Of a DNA stretch of 64,000 nt, positions 19,884 through 29,007 are shown in pieces. Positions within the stretch are counted from its first letter, which is position 1. The number at the start of each line of letters is the position of its first letter. Position numbers and translations under genes: made by a program. Where the stretch lies: the NCBI GenBank assembly GCA_965140415.1, contig OZ223209.1:2016001-2080000 (forward strand), read 5' to 3'. The stretch is from Myxococcota bacterium. GTDB taxonomy: Bacteria > Myxococcota_A > SURF-8. The notes beneath the pieces were generated by a model, which saw only the letters and a program-made list of their open reading frames with translations, was not told where the DNA came from and did no database searches.

Positions 19884-20905
19884 TTCGTCACCCCCTTTCC
19901 CTGACCGAGATTGAGTAGCGGCAGGAAGTTTTTCTGATCTTCGTCCACGATTGTCGTTTTGCCCATGCGCGGCAACAGGCCTTTCATGGTTTCGAGATAG
20001 TATCGCCTGCGGGTTACATCCCTCGCTTTGCTATATTCCTTGTACAGCGCCAGGAACCGGCTGGCGTCACCCTTCGCACGATTGACCCGGTCCATCGCGT
20101 AACCTTCCGCACCACGGATCATCTTTTCCGCCTCACCTCGTGCTGCCGGAATGGCCTTGTTATAATCTTCACGAGCCTGATAAATCATCTTCTCTTTTTC
20201 CTGAGTCGCCTGATTGACTTCGTTAAAAGAAGCCTGTACAGCTTCGGGAACGTTGGTCTTTTTCATTTCAATGGTCACGATGTCGATACCCGTTTCGGCG
20301 TCGTCCATTTCTTTTTGCAGCAGTTCGCGCGTTTGATCGGCGATTTCTTCGCGCTTGCTGATCACTTCATTGATCGAACGATCTCCGACGACCAGACGCA
20401 TGGTGGCTTCGGACAGATCGCGCAATGTTTTTTGCACGTCGCGAACTTTGAACAGGAAATTCTTTTCGTCCTTTACGCGATACTGTACGATCCAGGGCAC
20501 TACGGCGACATTGAGATCGCCGGTCAGCATGAGCGATTCTCCCAGATAGGCTCGTCCGCTGGCGTATTCGGTGCGCACTCCAGCGCGCAGCGTACGCAGA
20601 CCGAATTCCTCCTTGTACACGTACTTCACTTTGACTTTGGTAACCTTTTCGATCCCGACCGGAAGTTTGAAACTCATTCCGGGCTGGGCCGTGCGTTCGT
20701 ATTTTCCGAAACGCTGCACCACCCCGACTTCATCGACGGAAACCGTATACACGCAGGTTACTAGCCACAATCCAAGTAAAATCGGAAAGGCGAACCAAAT
20801 TCCCGATGCACTATTCTTCATTTTCTGCTTGAATTGTCTGACCACTTCATCCAGATCCGGTTGTCCGGACCCGTTCCCGTTTCCGGGATGAATCTCAAAA
20901 GGCAT
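19880..20905 (-). CDS. hflK: FtsH modulator HflK
   Basis: VVQRFGK, MLTGDLN, IPAARGEA, VTRRRYYLETM; 4-nt overlap with hflC. Confidence 0.95.
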   Translation of the reverse strand: MPFEIHPGNGNGSGQPDLDEVVRQFKQKMKNSASGIWFAFPILLGLWLVTCVYTVSVDEVGVVQRFGKYERTAQPGMSFKLPVGIEKVTKVKVKYVYKEEFGLRTLRAGVRTEYASGRAYLGESLMLTGDLNVAVVPWIVQYRVKDEKNFLFKVRDVQKTLRDLSEATMRLVVGDRSINEVISKREEIADQTRELLQKEMDDAETGIDIVTIEMKKTNVPEAVQASFNEVNQATQEKEKMIYQAREDYNKAIPAARGEAEKMIRGAEGYAMDRVNRAKGDASRFLALYKEYSKARDVTRRRYYLETMKGLLPRMGKTTIVDEDQKNFLPLLNLGQGKGVTK

Positions 20906-21176
20906 TGTTAACTCCTCATTCTCAAATTATGCGAGTTTCATACTATGCGATGCCAATGCTTGGGTCAAGGTAAGCCGGAAAAAGAAAGACGATTCTGATC
21001 TGTAATCTCATAAGTGGTTGGCATTATTGTGAAATATTTATAATAATTGAGAATTGGTAAATGTTGAATCAAGTAAATCGGTCCAAATTCCCTTGCTTCC
21101 ACACTCGGTTTGAATATGCTGAACGTCTGGAATGGCTTGTACAGTGAAACCTAATTGTTTGAAAGTGACGTACCGC

Positions 21177-23630
21177 ATGAAACACACTCATATCATTCTT
21201 TCCCTGATCCTTCTTCTCTGCTGGATTCCCATGACCGCCTGTGATTCTTCGGATGACGATCCGGTAATCGATGGCGATCTGGAATTGGAAGGTGAGCAAT
21301 CCGAGCTTGAAGAACTCGATGGGGATGTTGAAACCGAAACCGAAGCCGAAGACGAATCCGATCCCATGGCGCTTTTGCCCAACGAACCGGATGCAGCCGA
21401 TCCTGCGCGCGTGATGACCGACGAACCTTATCTTCAGGAGTTTAACCACACGACGAACGAAGTTCCCGAAGGCATGGGTGCTTTGGTTGCGTTAGTCGAA
21501 CCGCCGCAGAGCTTAACGGGCTTCAATCATCCCAGTTACATTGCGTCTCGCGGAATCTGGCGGCAGAACGAACAGGAAAGCTGGGAGATGGTGACAATTC
21601 CGGAAGCGTCATCGGGTCTGATCGCCGCTGAAACCGCCCTGGATACGCTCTTTCTCGCCAGTGCGGATACGCTTTACAAAGTCGAAATGGATGCCACGCT
21701 GTCGGTTGTTGCCGAAGTCACTCCGGGAGTTCAGATTACCAAGCTGGTTTTTGCGGATGACGAATTGATCCTGCTGACCACGAATGGTTGGGCGAGATAC
21801 AATGGAACCGATGCGCCCCAGTGGCAGGCGTTGGAAAATGTTCCGACAACCTTACTGAAAAAGGACGACACGCTTTATCTGGCCTGGGAGAACGTTCTGG
21901 CCGCTTATCCGATCGATGACTTGCCGCAAGTGAGTAACGAGAACTGGCGAGTTGCCCTGGAAATCGGCGTTCCGGTGGCGATTCTGGCCGACCGCACCTT
22001 GCCCGAAGCGCTAGATCTGGTTGTCGTCGGTTCCGATGGCCTTGCCGCATTCAATGTTGAGAGCGATCAGGCGACGAAAGTGCAACCCGACCTGTTCGAA
22101 ACGGGATACATTCCGCTAAACGGAGCCGTAACGGGGGTGGAAGATTCCAATGGTGGTTTTCTCGTCGCTGCCGATGGCGGTGCGTATCGTATTATCGATG
22201 ACGATCTCGGCCCGGAATTCCGGGTGTATGTCCCTGAACGCTGGATGCCCAGCGGCGACGTTCGTGACGTGCTGGTGCAGGGCGAGGGCGTGGGCGGCAA
22301 ACTCTTTTTCGCCACTTCCGCAGGTCCGGGCTGGGTGGATCGAAAAATGTGGACCATCAAGGACAAGACCGACGCCATGATCGAACGCATCGTTTTGCGT
22401 CACAATCGGGAAGGTGCGCTGGCGGATTCCCGCCTGACTGTTCCGGGCGATTTGTCTACCAGCATTCCTTATGACAGCGACAACGATGGCGGCTGGACCT
22501 GTTACTGGGTGCTTTCCGAATGTTTCCGTTACAAGCTTACTGGCGATGCCGAAGCCAAGGCGCATTTCGATGAGTCGCTGGCTCGTATGCTCAGCTTCCG
22601 CACATTGACCGGCACTGACTATTTCCTGGCGCGCTCGGTGATCCGCATCGACGGTTGCCAGTTGGATGACTGCGACGGTCCTGATGATGGTGAGTGGTTC
22701 AAGTCTCCTGACGGTGAATGGTGGGTCAAGGCCAATACCAGTAACGACGAAGTCACCTCGCACATGTTCATGATGGGCCAGGCGTATGATTACTGCGCAG
22801 ATGACGAGCAGAAAGAAGCCATCGCCGCGCATGTAGATGGCATCATCGGTGGAATCGTGGAAAACGGCTACATGCTGTTCGATCCACAAGACGGAAAATG
22901 TACGAAATACGGACAGTTCGATCCTTTCTATGTCAACGATTGGTTTGATGGTTCCGTTGGCGACGGTGGCCGTCGGTCGGCGCAGATGCTGGGCGCGCTC
23001 AATTTGGCATACTATCTTACCGGAAAGCAGAAGTACCTCGACGCCAAAGAAGAATTGATGAGCGAATATCATTACGATCTCAATATCAGTAACATCGCAG
23101 ACGCCGAAATTTATCCTTTCTGTGCGGGAAGCGGTGACTGTGACGAACTGGCCATGCAGGCGTTCTGGCCGCTTCTTCGTTACGAATGGGATCCGGCGTT
23201 GCGGGAACAATGGATGATCGGGTGGAATCGGCTTTACTCGCAGCTTGTCACACAGGAAGATATCTTCTGGGACATCACCAATGCCGCGTTCGGCGGTGAA
23301 ATGGATTACGATTTTACCAACGGCAAGCGCTGGTATCGTCGTTATCCGACCGATCTCGTGCGCTGGAACATTCGCAATCAGGGAAAACGCTTGGATGTCG
23401 GCTCTGTCCCCGCGTATTACATGGTCAAGGAAGAAAACCCCAACTATTTCAAGCGCGCGGACGATCACATTTTTCCCGGCGACGAGCGCCCGAACATTCG
23501 CCACAATGGCCCGCAGTTCCAGTTCTCCGGCGGCTGGGGAAGCTTGCGCGAGCTTGACGGCGGCGACGCGCTCTGGCCGTATTGGCTAGGTCGTTATTAT
23601 GGGTTTATTGCGGAGCCTGAAGCACGATAA
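21177..23630 (+). CDS. Lipoprotein: propeller-like N-terminal region plus uncharacterised helical enzyme-like domain
   Basis: Lipobox MTAC; DGD/acidic linker; SDNDGGWT, ANTSNDE and YWLGRYYGF motifs. Confidence 0.75.
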   Translation: MKHTHIILSLILLLCWIPMTACDSSDDDPVIDGDLELEGEQSELEELDGDVETETEAEDESDPMALLPNEPDAADPARVMTDEPYLQEFNHTTNEVPEGMGALVALVEPPQSLTGFNHPSYIASRGIWRQNEQESWEMVTIPEASSGLIAAETALDTLFLASADTLYKVEMDATLSVVAEVTPGVQITKLVFADDELILLTTNGWARYNGTDAPQWQALENVPTTLLKKDDTLYLAWENVLAAYPIDDLPQVSNENWRVALEIGVPVAILADRTLPEALDLVVVGSDGLAAFNVESDQATKVQPDLFETGYIPLNGAVTGVEDSNGGFLVAADGGAYRIIDDDLGPEFRVYVPERWMPSGDVRDVLVQGEGVGGKLFFATSAGPGWVDRKMWTIKDKTDAMIERIVLRHNREGALADSRLTVPGDLSTSIPYDSDNDGGWTCYWVLSECFRYKLTGDAEAKAHFDESLARMLSFRTLTGTDYFLARSVIRIDGCQLDDCDGPDDGEWFKSPDGEWWVKANTSNDEVTSHMFMMGQAYDYCADDEQKEAIAAHVDGIIGGIVENGYMLFDPQDGKCTKYGQFDPFYVNDWFDGSVGDGGRRSAQMLGALNLAYYLTGKQKYLDAKEELMSEYHYDLNISNIADAEIYPFCAGSGDCDELAMQAFWPLLRYEWDPALREQWMIGWNRLYSQLVTQEDIFWDITNAAFGGEMDYDFTNGKRWYRRYPTDLVRWNIRNQGKRLDVGSVPAYYMVKEENPNYFKRADDHIFPGDERPNIRHNGPQFQFSGGWGSLRELDGGDALWPYWLGRYYGFIAEPEAR

Positions 23631-23656
23631 AGCCCTATCGCATTTCATGAAACCAC

Positions 23657-23686
23657 AACGGCGACCTCATTTCCGAGGCCGCCGTT
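23657..23686. terminator. Hairpin between convergent genes
   Basis: AACGGCGACCTC..GAGGCCGCCGTT. Confidence 0.55.
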
Positions 23687-23709
23687 AACATCTTTATGAC
23701 ATTATGACA

Positions 23710-25812
23710 TCAATAATTGATCAACATTTCCACATCTGCTTCCACCACCACATAACCACCTGATGAGGAAGGTGTAATAGAAATTTGACTACCACTATAG
23801 TTAATACAAGTGTCACTTAAATACGTTGTCGACCCCGACGTATCATAGGCGAATCGTGTCGGACTACTCGTTGAACTGGGCCAGTATGTTGCGGTCATGT
23901 TGGCGTACCAGAACGTCGCCGTCGTGTCGGTATCGCCAGTCAACCTGCCGTTCAAATAATAAGTCCGCGCACTTGTACTGGAATTTATAATGATAGACTT
24001 AAAGGAATAATGCCGACGGGCATTGCTACCCATATCCACCATCTCAGCCGGAATGGTTTCATGCACATAATAATAACTGCTGCTGCTACAATCATCCGCG
24101 CTGGTCCCGATATGCAATTCCAAAGTAGAGGACTCTCCCTTCATTTTCGGGTATCTTGCATCGGCTTGACTGCGGATTAAAAGATCATCATTGGAATCGT
24201 TATTAAGTATTCCTTCCTCCAATAGATCAGAATAGGCCGAGAACCGATCCGTGCTCAGCGTACCAGCAGTGATATTACTGGCGTTCTGATAATAGGAGCC
24301 CTGTTGTCCATCAAGCAGATCTGCGTCCAACCCGGAGCCGGCGCCATCGTCGTCCAGAATTTCGCCTAACGCTGCGCCGTCTGCCAGATCTGCCGCCGCC
24401 ACCGTGCCATCGACGATCATCGAAGAGGTGATGCTGTCCGCTTGATCCTCATTAACATAAGTTAAATCATGATCATGCGTGCTTAACGAGTAGCTTTCGG
24501 CCAAATCCGCCGCCGCCACCGTGCCATTAACGATCATGGAGGATGTTACGCTGTCGGTTTGGCCTTCATTAACGTAGGTTGTATCGTGATTGTGATCGTC
24601 TGCGGCATAGCCGTTATTGGCGACCCAGGTGTCGACCTGTTCTTCATCGACCGTCGTGTTTTCATCGGTTGCGCAGGTCCATTCTGTGCCGGTCCATTTG
24701 GCGATTTCGTTCTCGGCGCATTCCAGATCGGCCAGTGTATCGGTGTTTGGATCGGTGGTGTCGATATCGGTTGCGCAGGCCCATTCGGTGCCGGTCCATT
24801 TCGGGACTTCATTCTCGGCGCATTCCAGATCGGCCAGTGTATCGGTGTTTGGATCGGTGGTGTCGATATCGGTTGCGCAGGCCCATTCGGTGCCGGTCCA
24901 TTTGGCGACTTCGTTCTCGGCGCATTCCAGATCGGCCAGCGTATCGGTATTTGGATCGGTGGTGTCGATATCGATTGCGCAAGCCCATTCGGTGCCGGTC
25001 CATTTGGCGATTTCGTTCTCGGCGCATTCCAGATCGGCCAGTGTATCGGTATTTGGATCGACGAGATCCACGTCACATTCCCAGTCTGCCCCATTAAATC
25101 GAGCGATTTCACCGGTTAAGCAACTCAGTCCGCCTAGCGTGTCTTGATCTTCTGTGCTGTTTTCATCCGCTGCGCAGATCCACGCATTGCCATCCCATTT
25201 CGGAACCTGTCCGCTTTCGCAACTCAATGCTGCTAAAAGATCCGTATTGGTGTCAACCGTGTCGATATCCGGGGCGCAGATCCAGCTATTTCCATCCCAT
25301 TTCGGAATTTCATTGGCAGCACAGGCAAGCGTGGCTTTGGCCAAAGTGTTGACAGTCGGATCGCTTTCTTCTGTCAGATAGCCTTGCTCGTCGAAAAGAT
25401 CGCGAATTTCACCTTCACTGAGCGCATTGTCCGCTACTTGCGCGCGAGAAGCATAGGGCGCGGAGGCAATCGGCTGGCGCGGCGCAAGTTCCTCGTCGTC
25501 GCCGATGCGGATGCCGATCCAAAGTGGTGAACCGCTAAATACGTTGGCATCCAGTGGATTGATGGCTCCACCCAGTTCGACATTCAGCACGCCAAGTGCA
25601 ATCTCGACATTCTTTGTCTGCTGCCAGATGACATCTCCATCTGTCGCTGCATTGTAAAGTGTAAATACAATGACATAGCTGCCATCCAGCGCCTCTCCAT
25701 CGGTGTCGGTCAGATAGCCTTGAAAGGTCATGCTTTCCGGCACTTCGGCAAAAGCCGTCATGCAGAGAAGCATAAGCAGCGCTCCAAATATTGCGTTTGT
25801 AATGGTTTTCAT
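23710..25812 (-). CDS. Secreted fibre/adhesin-like repeat protein
   Basis: Signal peptide (AFA); N-domain FQGYL..PRQPIASAPYA; seven Cys/Trp repeats; two HxH repeats; GSGLDADLLDG motif. Confidence 0.75.
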   Translation of the reverse strand: MKTITNAIFGALLMLLCMTAFAEVPESMTFQGYLTDTDGEALDGSYVIVFTLYNAATDGDVIWQQTKNVEIALGVLNVELGGAINPLDANVFSGSPLWIGIRIGDDEELAPRQPIASAPYASRAQVADNALSEGEIRDLFDEQGYLTEESDPTVNTLAKATLACAANEIPKWDGNSWICAPDIDTVDTNTDLLAALSCESGQVPKWDGNAWICAADENSTEDQDTLGGLSCLTGEIARFNGADWECDVDLVDPNTDTLADLECAENEIAKWTGTEWACAIDIDTTDPNTDTLADLECAENEVAKWTGTEWACATDIDTTDPNTDTLADLECAENEVPKWTGTEWACATDIDTTDPNTDTLADLECAENEIAKWTGTEWTCATDENTTVDEEQVDTWVANNGYAADDHNHDTTYVNEGQTDSVTSSMIVNGTVAAADLAESYSLSTHDHDLTYVNEDQADSITSSMIVDGTVAAADLADGAALGEILDDDGAGSGLDADLLDGQQGSYYQNASNITAGTLSTDRFSAYSDLLEEGILNNDSNDDLLIRSQADARYPKMKGESSTLELHIGTSADDCSSSSYYYVHETIPAEMVDMGSNARRHYSFKSIIINSSTSARTYYLNGRLTGDTDTTATFWYANMTATYWPSSTSSPTRFAYDTSGSTTYLSDTCINYSGSQISITPSSSGGYVVVEADVEMLINY
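24660..25062 (-). repeat. Four near-identical 102-bp (34-aa) tandem repeats
   Basis: DPNTDTLADLECAENE(I/V)(A/P)KWTGTEW(A/T)CA unit; period 102 bp (24721 vs 24823). Confidence 0.95.
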
Positions 25813-25876
25813 AATGGTCTCCTTGTGATCTCAAGAGAAAATAGAGTATTTCTAACGTAGTTTTTCATTTCTTCGT

Positions 25877-26356
25877 TTATTGCTGCGGCATGATTAGCGG
25901 TTTGAATTGCAACCGGTATTGGTCGCTTTGAGCTTGCAACATCAGTGGTGCCGGTGCAAAACTGAAATGCAATTGGTATTCACTGGATTGTACACGCCCT
26001 CCGGCACTGACCCAGCGACCGCCAGTTAAACCGTCAGGCATGACGACGCTGCTATCGCCATCAGCCTGATCGCCGTCGGGTATATCTCCATCCGATTGAT
26101 CGCCATCGGGCGAATCTCCATCCGGGAGATCACCGTCTGAGAAATCGCCATCCGGGTTGTCGCCATCCGGAAGATCACCATCCGACTGATCGCCGTCTGC
26201 ATGATCTCCATCCGGGAGATCACCATCGGAAAGATCCCCATCCGTAATTGTATCTCCGTCGGAAATATCGCCATCGGCTGGGGGGGACGTCGTGTCATCG
26301 CTGCAACCACTTACCAGCACGATAGCTACAACGAGTAAAAGGACTGAAAGCCGCAT
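25877..26356 (-). CDS. DGD-repeat lipoprotein
   Basis: GGAGG RBS; lipobox VSGC; 15 DGD units; short C-terminal domain GGRVQSSEYQL. Confidence 0.8.
   Translation of the reverse strand: MRLSVLLLVVAIVLVSGCSDDTTSPPADGDISDGDTITDGDLSDGDLPDGDHADGDQSDGDLPDGDNPDGDFSDGDLPDGDSPDGDQSDGDIPDGDQADGDSSVVMPDGLTGGRWVSAGGRVQSSEYQLHFSFAPAPLMLQAQSDQYRLQFKPLIMPQQ
26054..26275 (-). repeat. 15-bp coding repeat, DGDxx x15
   Basis: Counted directly in translation. Confidence 0.9.
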
Positions 26357-26557
26357 TATCCACCTCCGAAAGTCTATGAAAGGAAAGAGGTTTCCTAAAA
26401 ATACAGGGAAAGCACACCAAACCCGATCAAGTGTTTACGTTAACTTGATCTTTGTATACAGCTTTTATTGACGCTCTCTGTTGAATGGACTACGTTATTT
26501 ACCAGTAGGATATCATTCTTCACTGTGCTGTCAACCCACTTGTTTTCTGGAGGAACC

Positions 26558-28483
26558 ATGAGTAAACGAAACGCCATCATCGCTCTGATCCTGGTTTTAT
26601 GCCTGTGTGCTTTCATCACCGCTTGTTCATCGGATTCTTCCGAGATCGACGGCGATCAGATCGATGGCGACACGATCGATGGCGATGATTCTGAATCGGA
26701 AGAACTCGAAGGCGAATGCAGCAACGGAGAAGCCTACTGTTCCGAAGATGGGCGTATGCTCGAAATCTGCGAGGATGGTCAGTGGCAGTCGCAGGATTGC
26801 TGGCGTGTTGCAACCGGAAGCTGCGTGGATGGCGCTTGCGTTCCCGTGTGGTCGGCCTGGCAGGGGAAAGGGCTGTTTTCTTCCTGTGAAGACGATCCTC
26901 ACGCCGTGTCCTATTCGCTGGCGGAAAAGGCGGCGCATCTGGACAAACTGATGCCCGCCCTGCACATCTATCCCACGCATGGACTGGTGACGCCTGTTCG
27001 ATTGCGGGAAGATTATTTCAGTGACTGGGCGACTGCCAACGGCACGAGCGTTGATCAGATGACGGAGGCTCAATACCTGCAAGCCGAGGAAGACGCCACC
27101 AAGGATGATGTGATCGCTAGGGATACCGGGGAGAATGACGGCTTGTTTTCCAGTATTTACGTCGCTTCCCAGATTTTGCGCTATGCCGCGACGAAGGAGC
27201 AGGAAGCACTGGAGAACATCAAGTTGTCACTTGGAGGGACATATCGCCAGTTGCTGATTACCGGAACACCGGGAGTGTACACGCGCGAAATTAAAACACC
27301 GGGAGTTCCGGGCATGAGTTGTCCGGAGAACGACTGCCGCTATTTCCCGGACATCAATCGTGACGATATGGATAAGGACGACAATCGCTGGGTGCGCGTG
27401 CAGAATGGCTGTATCCAGCATTTTGGCGGCGAAAACGCCACCTATACCAGCGATACCGAATGCACCGGGGAATGGATCACGGAAGAAACCTGCGGTTTGG
27501 ATGAGTATAATGGTTATTGCTGGCTGGATAACGTCTCGCAGGATGAATACTCCGGTCATATGATGGCGGCGGCGCTGGCGGCGAAACTGGTCGATGATGA
27601 CGAGGTTCAGGCCATCGCCAAGGACATTTACGATCAGGTGCTCAATCATCTGGTAGACAACGACCTGGGGTTGATCGATCACGACGGTCTGACTACCGAG
27701 CATGGGCGTTTCTGGGCCTATTCTCTTACGGATTATCCCGGCTTCAATGCATTGTTCGTTTTAAGCTGGTTTTTGTCCGGTATCGAAGCGACCGGGCAAG
27801 AACGGCTGTTGGAGTATTACGAAAACTGCCTGTGGAAGTCGGAAGGGCCGTCGGATTGCATTCCGCATCTGATGGAGAAACCGGATAAAGCCTACATCGA
27901 ATACATGGAGGAAGCCCTGATTTTGTATGTGGGCGAGAATGCCTGCATGTCCAACTGGAACAACTTCAGTATGGCGTTCTTGTCGATTCTGCCTCTGATC
28001 ATGAACGAGACCGATCCCGTGCGACGCGCCCGTTACCAGTACGTGCTGGAAGAGCATATGATTCGTGAGAAAGTGGCTGGAACGGAGAACTACAACGTGC
28101 GTTCCGTCATCGTGCAGAACAATCCGATGTACAACTTCATCTATGCTGCCATGCGCGACAACAGCGAGGGTCCCGATATTGACGCCGTTAACGGTGCGAT
28201 CTGCCAGCTTCGCCAGTTCCCCATTTCCAAGGCCGATTACGATCGTGACGTTTCCCACGACGGTCGCCCGGAAAATACCGAGTGTACCGCGCGTAATGGC
28301 GGCTATCTGGCCGACACCCCACTGGAAATCTGGCAGCGTTGCCCGCAGACGAACGTTTTCTGGAACAACCCCTACAAATGGGAAAGCTGTTCGGAAAATC
28401 ATAATCGCATCCATCCCGGTTCCGACTACCTATTTACCTATTGGCTGGGGCGTTACTTCGGATTCCTTGGTGAGGCGGATTAG
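26558..28483 (+). CDS. Lipoprotein, paralogue of the C-terminal domain of 21177-23630
   Basis: GGAGG RBS; lipobox ITAC; DGD linker; GENDGLFS, DNVSQDE and YWLGRYFGF motifs. Confidence 0.78.
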   Translation: MSKRNAIIALILVLCLCAFITACSSDSSEIDGDQIDGDTIDGDDSESEELEGECSNGEAYCSEDGRMLEICEDGQWQSQDCWRVATGSCVDGACVPVWSAWQGKGLFSSCEDDPHAVSYSLAEKAAHLDKLMPALHIYPTHGLVTPVRLREDYFSDWATANGTSVDQMTEAQYLQAEEDATKDDVIARDTGENDGLFSSIYVASQILRYAATKEQEALENIKLSLGGTYRQLLITGTPGVYTREIKTPGVPGMSCPENDCRYFPDINRDDMDKDDNRWVRVQNGCIQHFGGENATYTSDTECTGEWITEETCGLDEYNGYCWLDNVSQDEYSGHMMAAALAAKLVDDDEVQAIAKDIYDQVLNHLVDNDLGLIDHDGLTTEHGRFWAYSLTDYPGFNALFVLSWFLSGIEATGQERLLEYYENCLWKSEGPSDCIPHLMEKPDKAYIEYMEEALILYVGENACMSNWNNFSMAFLSILPLIMNETDPVRRARYQYVLEEHMIREKVAGTENYNVRSVIVQNNPMYNFIYAAMRDNSEGPDIDAVNGAICQLRQFPISKADYDRDVSHDGRPENTECTARNGGYLADTPLEIWQRCPQTNVFWNNPYKWESCSENHNRIHPGSDYLFTYWLGRYFGFLGEAD

Positions 28484-28489
28484 GGAAGC

Positions 28490-28966
28490 ATGACAGCCTT
28501 TCGAATTATCCTATTGGCGGAAGTTCCTTTCGCCATTCCGGTTCTTGTTCGCCTGTTCGTTGAAGAATGGTATTCCTGGTATGGGCCGGAAGGCTCGGGG
28601 AATGCTGAAGCCGACCTGAAACGGTGCTACAACCGGGAAAAACTCCCGATTGCGTTAGTCGCGTTGAACGCCGAAAGCGAGGTTTTAGGGACGATTTCTC
28701 TGAAACAGGAATCCCTTGGCAGTGAGTATGGTTTCACGCCCTGGGCTGCAGCGATGGTCGTTCAGCCTGCCTATCGACGCCGAGGCGTTGGAAACGCACT
28801 CATCGAAGCGATTGAAAACCTTGGAAAGCGACTTGGATTCGACGCACTCTATGCGTCGACGGACTCCGCCTCCGGCATTCTGTTGAAAAGGAACTGGACA
28901 GCGACGGGACTGACTGCGAAGTCGCAGCGAGGAAGCGTTTCAATTTATGCGAAACTCCTGGTTTAA
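28490..28966 (+). CDS. GNAT-family acetyltransferase
   Basis: Acetyl-CoA motif VQPAYRRRGVGNALI. Confidence 0.85.
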   Translation: MTAFRIILLAEVPFAIPVLVRLFVEEWYSWYGPEGSGNAEADLKRCYNREKLPIALVALNAESEVLGTISLKQESLGSEYGFTPWAAAMVVQPAYRRRGVGNALIEAIENLGKRLGFDALYASTDSASGILLKRNWTATGLTAKSQRGSVSIYAKLLV

Positions 28967-29007
28967 ATTGTTCGGTTTGTAATTTCGGCCAGAGATGCTC
29001 TATGAAT

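Noticed and set aside
22116-23504. 462-aa minus-strand ORF
   Set aside because: Shadow of the lipoprotein gene.
24660-25062. Tandem repeats as a CRISPR array
   Set aside because: Contiguous in-frame 102-bp coding units, no unique spacers, no cas genes.
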